From: Patescibacteria group bacterium
GTDB lineage: Bacteria; Patescibacteriota; Microgenomatia; UBA8517
Assembly (NCBI GenBank): GCA_025999275.1
Contig: AP024680.1
Span: forward strand, 1,957 to 65,956
Direction: 5' to 3'
DNA length: 64,000 nucleotides
Shown here: one piece after another, positions 13,271 to 19,921 of the stretch
Layout: each line of letters starts with the position of its first letter
Numbering within the stretch: position 1 is the stretch's first letter
Notes under the pieces: model-generated
Told to the model about the DNA's origin: nothing
Seen by the model: the letters and a program-made list of their open reading frames with translations, nothing else
The model's database searches: none
Translations under genes and position numbers: made by a program

Positions 13271-13357
13271 TTCCCATTTTCTCTTTCGCTTTACCCGCCA
13301 AAATTAATTTGACGAAAGCGATAAGGACAAAATTCTCTTTACTTTTTAAAGTACCTG

Positions 13358-13431
13358 TGGACCTGAGCGGCTTCGAACCGCTGACCTCTACATTGCAAAT
13401 GTAGCGCTCTGGCCAACTGAGCTACAGGCCC
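13358..13431 (-). tRNA. tRNA-Ala (anticodon TGC)
   Basis: Folded by hand. Acceptor GGGCCTG/CAGGTCC. Anticodon loop tTTGCAa. TTCGAAG T-loop. Lies immediately 5' of the 23S, as in canonical rRNA operons. Confidence 0.85.
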
Positions 13432-13659
13432 AAGTCAAAGATTTTTAAAAAGTGCTAACAAATAAAAAACCGACTCTCTTTGAGCCGGTAACCTACATAC
13501 TTAGGAAAACTCTATAATTTAAAAGCCAACAAATAGGCTTAAAATCTTTAGTAATTCTTAAGTTTATTTTCCATTAAACAATACAAAAAATTTCGGCTCA
13601 AAGGCAACAAACATTATAAATGTAAAGTCAAATTTAGTCAATAGTTTAATTATGAACTA

Positions 13660-14020
13660 TGAATAATGGGGTATGGGAAATAGAATATCTAAATTCCAAG
13701 CACTAAATTCTAGACAAAAATAATAACTCAAAAGTCAAAAGGCAAAATTCCTGCCTACCGGCAGGACAGCCTACCGTCAGGCAGGCAGGCAAAATTACCA
13801 GCCCTAGGCTGGTTGGCCTTGGGCCAACAATTCAAAATTAAAAATTATTTAATTATCTAACAAAACTTTTGAATTTTAACTTTGAATTATTTTATTCTTA
13901 ATTCTTAAATCGTAAATCTTAATTCTTTTTTACCATTACTACTTACTGCTTTCTACTTACTACTATCTTTCCAGTTCTGACCAACCCCGCCGTAGGCGGG
14001 GACCAACTTCGACTATCAGC
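13660..14020. repeat. R-family repeat (inverted copy of 6080-6500) between tRNA-Ala and tRNA-Ile
   Basis: Reverse complement matches copy 1 block by block (gggccaacaattcaaaattaaaaattatttaattat; cctgcctaccggcagg; caaaagtcaaaag; ccccgccgtaggcggggaccaacttcgac at 13985-14010). Confidence 0.7.
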
Positions 14021-15618
14021 CATTGCTTAAAATTAACTTTTATCATAAAATAAGTAAGTTCAAGGGTGCGTAGTTCACTGGTAGAACGCTTCTCTGATAA
14101 AGAAGAGGTACATGGTTCGATTCCATGCGCACCCACCAGAAACTGACTTTTAGGCTTTGAAAGAGCCATTTTGTGGGCGGCGCACAGCGCCGCCCATTGA
14201 TTTTGCGGCGTTGCGCGCGCTTCGCGGCCGGCCAAAATGAGGTTCGAGCCAAAGATTTCTTTGGCTATGACCTTTTTAGCAAAAAGGTCATTATCTCTTG
14301 CGATTTTTTCCACTTGTAAAGCGGAATTTATCCAATTTCTGAAAGGTTCGAGCCAATCATTCTGCTTTTGTTCAAAACGGATAATTTGCTCCTCCAGCGT
14401 CTTTTTCTCGCTCATTAGTTTTGCTTTTCTTTGCCGATATTCTTCTCTGTCTATGTCTTGCTCAAGATAAGCCTCTAAAAGTCGCTGGAGCTTGATATTG
14501 ATTTCTCTGATTTTCTCTCTTGCTTCTTGAACAAAAGCAGCGCAGGATTGAGCGGCTTCTTTTTCGTCTTTTTCTGCCATTTTCAATAATTCCTCCGCCC
14601 AATCCTGCGGCAAAGAAACTTTTTGAATCATCTTTGATAACTGCCGATCAAGTTCTTCTTCTCGGATATATGGCTGGGTGCATCTCATCGCTTTGTTTTT
14701 CTTGGTACAGCGGTAATAGATATGTCCTTTTTGAATTTCGGCAGTTATCATCATGCCGCACTCACCACAGCGCAAAAGTCCGGTAAAGGCTTTGGGGATT
14801 TTTTCTTTCTTTTGAGGCTTGCCTCTTTGCTTTAATACTTCCTGAACCTTATCAAAAAGTTTCTTTGCAATGATTGGCTCGTGTTTGCCCTCGTGGATTT
14901 CTCCTCCATAGCGGAAGTGTCCGTAATAAAAAGGGTTAGAAAGGATAAATTTGATTCTATCTTTGTGGATTCTCTTACCATTACGGGATAAAATCCCGTG
15001 GTGCGCCAAAAAGTTGGAGATATCCTCTAAAGTTTTATCGCCTTTGGAGTAATGCTCAAAAGCAGCTTTGATAATTTTGACTTTCTTTTTATCAACAACA
15101 ATTGTTTTTGTCCTTACATCATTGATATAGCCAATAGGAGCAGGTCCCGGATATTCTCCTCTCCTTACTTTTTGGCGCAAACCTCTTTTAGTGTTTTCGG
15201 AAAGAGAATCCACATAATATTTACTTTGCCCAAAAGCAATGTTGAGCATAAACTTGCCTTGAGGGGTTGGCTCAAACCAAAAAGTAGGGAATTTTAGAGC
15301 TTGAAGCTTGCCGGTATCCAATAGAAAAATAATCCTTCCACCATCTACAAAATTGCGCGCCAATCTATCTGGGTGCCAAGCCAAAATTCCTTGAGCCTCG
15401 CCCTTCTCAATTCTCTTTAACATCTCATTAAAAATAGGCCTTCCCGGAATTTTGGCAGATTGTCTTTCTATAAACTCCTTAACAATTGTTATTCCTTCTT
15501 TTTTAGCAAAGGCGCGCAATTCTGTTAATTGAGCCTCAATGCTCAACACCTGCTTATCCTCAACATCTGTGGATTTGCGGGCGTATAAAAAGAATTTTTG
15601 CGATGTTGGATTTTCCAT
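13963..15618 (-). CDS. large serine recombinase (resolvase/invertase catalytic domain + recombinase domain + zinc-ribbon/coiled-coil)
   Basis: N-terminal YARKSTDVEDKQVLSIEAQ (catalytic Ser motif) ...GILAWHPDRLARN. CxxC...C zinc ribbon (LRCGECGMM...YYRC). Long coiled-coil. The last ~55 aa of the 551-aa track ORF read through repeat A and antisense across tRNA-Ile; that part is probably read-through and the true 3' end lies in or near 14140-14330. Confidence 0.85.
   Translation of the reverse strand: MENPTSQKFFLYARKSTDVEDKQVLSIEAQLTELRAFAKKEGITIVKEFIERQSAKIPGRPIFNEMLKRIEKGEAQGILAWHPDRLARNFVDGGRIIFLLDTGKLQALKFPTFWFEPTPQGKFMLNIAFGQSKYYVDSLSENTKRGLRQKVRRGEYPGPAPIGYINDVRTKTIVVDKKKVKIIKAAFEHYSKGDKTLEDISNFLAHHGILSRNGKRIHKDRIKFILSNPFYYGHFRYGGEIHEGKHEPIIAKKLFDKVQEVLKQRGKPQKKEKIPKAFTGLLRCGECGMMITAEIQKGHIYYRCTKKNKAMRCTQPYIREEELDRQLSKMIQKVSLPQDWAEELLKMAEKDEKEAAQSCAAFVQEAREKIREINIKLQRLLEAYLEQDIDREEYRQRKAKLMSEKKTLEEQIIRFEQKQNDWLEPFRNWINSALQVEKIARDNDLFAKKVIAKEIFGSNLILAGREARATPQNQWAALCAAHKMALSKPKSQFLVGAHGIEPCTSSLSEKRSTSELRTLELTYFMIKVNFKQWLIVEVGPRLRRGWSELER
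14064..14138 (+). tRNA. tRNA-Ile (anticodon GAT), opposite in orientation to the rest of the rRNA operon
   Basis: Acceptor GGGTGCG/CGCACCC. Anticodon loop cTGATAa. Encoded CCA. Its last 5 nt (CACCA) begin an 87-bp inverted repeat. Confidence 0.85.
14134..14220. repeat. inverted repeat A, left copy (87 bp perfect; imperfect extension to ~14330), overlapping the tRNA-Ile 3' end
   Basis: caccagaaactgacttttaggctttgaaagagccattttgtgggcggcgcacagcgccgcccattgattttgcggcgttgcgcgcgc is the exact reverse complement of 15854-15940. Contains the GC palindrome tgggcggcgc-aca-gcgccgccca. Confidence 0.9.
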
Positions 15619-15648
15619 AATTCCTAAAACTCAAATGGCCGCCCCGGT

Positions 15649-15722
15649 GCGACCAACCAAGAGAAACCTTGATTGTTCCGAGACGGCCATTAGAAAAGGC
15701 TTCTCTGTCTGGTTGGTCGCAT
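15649..15722. promoter_or_regulatory. 12-bp inverted repeat (gcgaccaaccaa...ttggttggtcgc) in the recombinase upstream region
   Basis: Seen directly in the sequence. Location fits an operator or 5'-UTR structure for the recombinase gene. Confidence 0.3.
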
Positions 15723-15853
15723 TTTCAGTATATCACAAAATCAAAATTAGCAAAAATTCTTTTTATTGAGCAAAGCAAATATTATGCTCGCCTAAAAGGC
15801 GAGCTAAAGGTAGGATTAAAAAAATCGCAAGAGATACGAACCTTATTTTGGCT

Positions 15854-15940
15854 GCGCGCGCAACGCCGCAAAATCAATGGGCGGCGCTGTGCGCCGCCCA
15901 CAAAATGGCTCTTTCAAAGCCTAAAAGTCAGTTTCTGGTG
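15854..15940. repeat. inverted repeat A, right copy (87 bp perfect), abutting repeat B
   Basis: Exact reverse complement of 14134-14220. With indels, weaker similarity continues back to ~15790. Confidence 0.9.
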
Positions 15941-15982
15941 CAATTATACCGTTCCGCTCGAAACTATTTTATCAAAAATTTC
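15936..15982. repeat. inverted repeat B, left copy (47 bp, shares TGGTG/CACCA with repeat A); duplicates the first 16 codons of the gene at 18618..19409
   Basis: tggtgcaattataccgttccgctcgaaactattttatcaaaaatttc matches the reverse complement of 19362-19408 with 1 mismatch. It encodes VQLYRSARNYFIKNF followed immediately by TAA. Confidence 0.85.
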
Positions 15983-16002
15983 TAAAAATTGTTAGCTCCG
16001 GC

Positions 16003-16270
16003 AGTGGCGGCAGGAAAAGGGGTTAAAGGGGAAAATCCTGCCTGTTTGCCTGTCGGCAGGCAGGGAATTGCCGCCACTGCCTCCGCTTTACTGCTCGTCG
16101 TCCCGCCTTACGGCGGGACTCCTCGCAATTTCAAGCCTCATTATTGCTCGGCCGCCTAACGGCGGCCTCGCGCTAATCGCTACTACAGTCGCACCCCCGC
16201 CTTTGCTTGGGGTCGCGCTCCTTTCGCTCGCCCCACCTCTGGCGGGGCTCGCTATCTGCTAGAGAAATTT
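16003..16270. repeat. GC-rich multi-hairpin block (R-family-like palindromes) in an AT-rich genome
   Basis: Palindromes ggcagtggcggca...tgccgccactgcc; cctgcctg...ggcagg; cccgccttacggcggg; ggccgcctaacggcggcc; ccccacctctggcgggg. All are visible as inverted repeats. Confidence 0.5.
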
Positions 16271-16371
16271 TCGCTCATTTCGTATCTAAATAACAATACA
16301 AGTCCTGGCTTGAAGTATTAAAACTATCAAATTTCTCCCGTAGGTTGTAAAATATATTCCACATCCAAACT

Positions 16372-17283
16372 ATGAAAGAAATAAATATAGTTTATTCTGA
16401 AAATTATCTTAAATATGACCTAGGCCTCGACAACCCTATTTCTAAAACCAAAACAGGAATGTTTCTGGAGAAACTTAGAAAAGAAGGAAAAATAGATTAC
16501 AAGGTTTTGGAAGCTCCAAGAGCCGAGGAAGAAGACCTGCTTTTAGTTCATACACCAAGATATCTACAAGAGTTAAGAAGGTTGGCGGACAATAATTTGG
16601 ATTTTGATGCCGATACTCCAGTAAATCATGGGATGTTAGAAGGGGGGTTATATATCATCGGCGGAACCATTCTATCCTTAAACCTTGCTTTGCAAGACGA
16701 AAGAGTTGTAAATCTAATCGGAGGCATGCATCATGCAAGTTCTTACAAAGCTTCCGGTTTTTGTATTTATAATGACCACGCCATAGCTATTCGAAAACTC
16801 CAAAAAGAGGGCAAAATAAAGAAGGCAATTGTTTACGATCTTGATGTGCATGCAGGTCAGGGAACACAAGAAATTTTCTATCATGATGCAAGTGTTATGA
16901 CAGTGTCTATCCATCAAGACCCACGGACAATTTATCCGGGGACTGGTTTTGAATGGCAAAAGGGAGAAGGAGAGGGATTAGGAACAAATATTAATATTCC
17001 ATTGCCTCCTGGTACTATGGAAAGAGAGTATTTGCAAGCATTAGACTCTATATTAGAAAGTACAAAAAGTTTCAGTCACGACATTTCAATCTTAATTTTA
17101 GGAGTTGATACTTATAAAGAGGACTTTCTGGGTGGAATGAGATTAGAAAAGGAAAGTTTTAGAAAGATTGGCGAGAGATTTAGAAATTTCCAGAAATTAG
17201 CAATTCTTTTTGGTGGTGGTTATTCTAGTAAAATTCCAGATCTTTGGATGTTATTCCTAAAAGGTTACTTAGGAATAAATTAA
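16372..17283 (+). CDS. histone-deacetylase-family (AcuC/acetylpolyamine amidohydrolase-like) protein with atypical metal-site motif
   Basis: GGMHHASSY and DLDVHAGQGT (canonical D-x-D-x-H-H-G-D-G; here His->Ala and Asp->Gln). 303 aa. Confidence 0.7.
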   Translation: MKEINIVYSENYLKYDLGLDNPISKTKTGMFLEKLRKEGKIDYKVLEAPRAEEEDLLLVHTPRYLQELRRLADNNLDFDADTPVNHGMLEGGLYIIGGTILSLNLALQDERVVNLIGGMHHASSYKASGFCIYNDHAIAIRKLQKEGKIKKAIVYDLDVHAGQGTQEIFYHDASVMTVSIHQDPRTIYPGTGFEWQKGEGEGLGTNINIPLPPGTMEREYLQALDSILESTKSFSHDISILILGVDTYKEDFLGGMRLEKESFRKIGERFRNFQKLAILFGGGYSSKIPDLWMLFLKGYLGIN

Positions 17284-17883
17284 TCAAAGACTATTTAAAA
17301 ACTCAATTACCTTGTCCTCATAAATCGGTTGTTTTGTTTCTGGGTTTCTGTAACTATGATCCGCATTTGATATTTGGTGGTAAGTTATACTTTGTGATAT
17401 AGCGCCATCCATATCTTTTTTTACCACCTCAATACTTCCAAACTTATCTTTTTCTCCTTGGATAATAGTGATTTTTCCAGTGAATTCATTTAGTTTGACT
17501 TCTCCAGTTACATATCCAAGAACAATTACTTCATATAGTTTTTTTTCTTCATCGGTCAAACTGTTTAGATAATAGCTAGCTATAATTCCACCAAGAGATT
17601 TGCCAATAAGTCGAATATGACTAAATTTATCAAAACCAGCAATCGATAACATTTTCCTAAGTACCTCCAATTCTTCTTTCAACTCTGGACCAGAAGAATG
17701 GTCATCCCCCCTTTCTAAGAAGGGAAAATTGAACATAATCACACTATTGCCTTTACCCTTAGAACTTTCAAACAATTTTTGCATAAAAGGAGAATTTATA
17801 CCCCCGGATCCGCCATGCAAAATTACATCTAGTGTAGTAGCTTTGCTATTATGGAAATGTAAAAAACTGGTCAATTTATTCAT
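17284..17883 (-). CDS. alpha/beta-hydrolase-fold esterase (dienelactone-hydrolase-like)
   Basis: HGGSGG oxyanion-type motif, nucleophile elbow GKSLGG, C-terminal NADHS (His). Confidence 0.55.
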   Translation of the reverse strand: MNKLTSFLHFHNSKATTLDVILHGGSGGINSPFMQKLFESSKGKGNSVIMFNFPFLERGDDHSSGPELKEELEVLRKMLSIAGFDKFSHIRLIGKSLGGIIASYYLNSLTDEEKKLYEVIVLGYVTGEVKLNEFTGKITIIQGEKDKFGSIEVVKKDMDGAISQSITYHQISNADHSYRNPETKQPIYEDKVIEFLNSL

Positions 17884-18509
17884 TTCGGATTTTTCAATTG
17901 GGGTAAATTTTCGACAATTCTACCAATAACCATATCTGGTGTTAAACTAGTAGTATCTATTACTACCGAGTGGAAACATTTCCTCGAAAGATCAATCAAA
18001 CAAGCTTCCATTGCTAAAAATTTTTCGGGCTTGTCTCGTACAAATAAATCTTCCGCTGAAATTTGATCTGGTTGATTTCTCGCACGCATTTCAAGCCTTT
18101 TCAGCCTTTCTTCAATGCTGGCAGTAAAGACAAAAGAAGCATCAAATTTGGGGTGATACGGTAACATATCTATCAAAACTTCTTTTATTCTCGGTGTCCC
18201 TCTTACAGTATGAAAGGCTAAAGATCTCAAAATAATTGTCGAGTCTTGAATAGTGTATCTCTCAGGCCAAACAAAACTTCTGATATCTGCCATAAGGGCG
18301 GCTACATATAAATTTCCTAGAACTTCGGCATCATACGCATCCGCCCTCCGTAAACTATCTGCCAAAAGATAAATTGGGTTATCGTGAACAATAGAATTTC
18401 GTCTTATTTCCCATTCTCTACCAGTATGTTCAATAAAATTCTTGGTGGCTGTTGTCTTTCCAGCTAAATCCATGCCTTCAAAATGTATATATAATGCTCT
18501 TTCTTTCAT
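17880..18509 (-). CDS. P-loop nucleoside/nucleotide kinase (thymidylate-kinase/dNK-like)
   Basis: Walker A GMDLAGKTT near the N-terminus, 209 aa. 4-nt overlap with the upstream hydrolase gene. Confidence 0.55.
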   Translation of the reverse strand: MKERALYIHFEGMDLAGKTTATKNFIEHTGREWEIRRNSIVHDNPIYLLADSLRRADAYDAEVLGNLYVAALMADIRSFVWPERYTIQDSTIILRSLAFHTVRGTPRIKEVLIDMLPYHPKFDASFVFTASIEERLKRLEMRARNQPDQISAEDLFVRDKPEKFLAMEACLIDLSRKCFHSVVIDTTSLTPDMVIGRIVENLPQLKNPK

Positions 18510-18617
18510 ATTTACATCAATACATATAAAACTGAAACAGCATGTGATTTTAACATCCTATGCAGTGTTTTTTTAGATTCATTGGTACTTGTTTCTTGAT
18601 ATTCCAAAAAATATTTC

Positions 18618-19409
18618 TCAACAGCCCTTGGTTGATAAAATAAATCTCCTGGCACCTCCTGCCCCCCCAGTACCCTTACAACCTCCATTGCAGATAATAA
18701 CTGCTTTAAGAGGAACCCCTCTTTTAATTGCTTCTGGAATTACGTTCTTGCCTGAATGAAGATATGCCCCATCCCCAGTAACTGAGATAACATTTTTCGC
18801 ACCTGCCAAAATTCCACCTACCCCTACGCCCAAAGCGGAGCCAAAGCATAAACACGCATCAATTGTGTCAAGGGTATCTTGCGTGTATTCACCTAAATCT
18901 CCTACTACAAATGAGGGTTTCGTTCTTTTAATCGCCGAAAAGAGCTTTTTGTAATTATTTGAAATAATATAGCCACTGGATTTATCGGGAATTTTACCAA
19001 AACAAGCCTCAATTCTCTCGTTTGAAGATAGCGCCACAATTTTCTGCTTAGCAAATCCGTCACCTTGTTCTAAAACTACTACTCTGCGTGACCGATTAAT
19101 TACATTTCTAAGATTGTCGGGAATTGGATAAGTAAAAATTTGCAATTTTCTAAACCCTTTATTCAAATACCTTTTCTCTTCTTCAAGATTACAGCCAAAA
19201 GACAAAAGTAACTTTTTAACCCCATCAAGCTTTGTTAGTTCCTTTTTATACAGCTTATTTATGAAACTTCTTATTTTTTTATTTTTATTGGAAAGAGACT
19301 TTCTCTGAGTTGCTGAATTAATTGGGTGAACAACAAAGCGTGTATGATCTTTAACTATTGGGAAATTTTTGATAAAATAGTCTCGAGCGGAACGGTATAA
19401 TTGCACCAA
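18618..19409 (-). CDS. thiamine-diphosphate-binding protein resembling 2-oxoacid:ferredoxin oxidoreductase beta subunit (orphan, divergent)
   Basis: VGDLGEY...GSALGVGVGGILAGAKNVISVTGDGAY...AVIICNGGCKGTGGAGG fits the OFOR-beta GDG-x27-N(N/G) TPP pattern. The N-terminal ~110 aa are unrelated to it. Its start codon lies inside inverted repeat B'. Confidence 0.45.
   Translation of the reverse strand: MVQLYRSARDYFIKNFPIVKDHTRFVVHPINSATQRKSLSNKNKKIRSFINKLYKKELTKLDGVKKLLLSFGCNLEEEKRYLNKGFRKLQIFTYPIPDNLRNVINRSRRVVVLEQGDGFAKQKIVALSSNERIEACFGKIPDKSSGYIISNNYKKLFSAIKRTKPSFVVGDLGEYTQDTLDTIDACLCFGSALGVGVGGILAGAKNVISVTGDGAYLHSGKNVIPEAIKRGVPLKAVIICNGGCKGTGGAGGARRFILSTKGC
19362..19408. repeat. inverted repeat B, right copy (core CACCA at 19404-19408)
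   Basis: gaaatttttgataaaatagtctcgagcggaacggtataattgcacca. Confidence 0.85.
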
Positions 19410-19424
19410 CTAAAGTTTAACTCA

Positions 19425-19880
19425 ATGAAAGATTGTGTTTTCTGCAAAATAGCAAAAGGAGAAATACCATCAGCAAAAATCTAGGAAGACAAAAATTTCC
19501 TCGCAATCCTTGATATTATGCCAAACACCAAAGGAATGGCTCTTGTTATCAGTAAAAAACACTACGACTCCTATGCTTTCGATATGCCAGAAAATATGTT
19601 TAAGAAATTAATGGTAGCTTCAAAAAAAGTGGCAAAGATTCTTGAAAAAGGACTAAATGTTAAAAGAGTTGCAATGGTAATGGAAGGAATGGGAATCAAT
19701 CATGTACACATTAAACTTTATCCACTACATGGAATAAACAAAAAATTCCAAGAAATGTGGGCAAAAGACAAAGTTTGGTTTGATAAATATGAAGGCTATA
19801 TAAGCACCCAAACAGGAGAAAAAGTAGAAATAAAAGAGCTAGAAAAATTAGCAAGAAGAATTAGAACCAAAAATTCATAA
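19425..19880 (+). pseudogene. HIT-family hydrolase gene interrupted by an in-frame TAG at codon 20 (19482-19484)
   Basis: My translation from ATG 19425: MKDCVFCKIAKGEIPSAKI*EDKNFLAILDIMPNTKG..., continuing into track ORF 19518..19880 (...GINHVHIKLYPLHG). HIT proteins have Tyr/Val at the stop position (CIFCKIxxGEIPxxxVYEDD). It is 16 bp from, and divergent to, the gene starting at 19409. Confidence 0.6.
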
Positions 19881-19921
19881 CTTCTAAAAATAAATTCACT
19901 CTTTAATGTATAATAAAAAGT

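Noticed and set aside
13963-14138. C-terminal ~55 aa of the 551-aa recombinase ORF, and ORFs 14043..14252(-) and 15669..15995(+)
   Set aside because: The recombinase frame runs without a stop through inverted repeat A and antisense across tRNA-Ile. The other two ORFs are mirror images generated by the inverted repeat (both contain RAQRRKINGRRCAPPTKWLFQSLKVSFW). They are treated as read-through or repeat artefacts, not genes.
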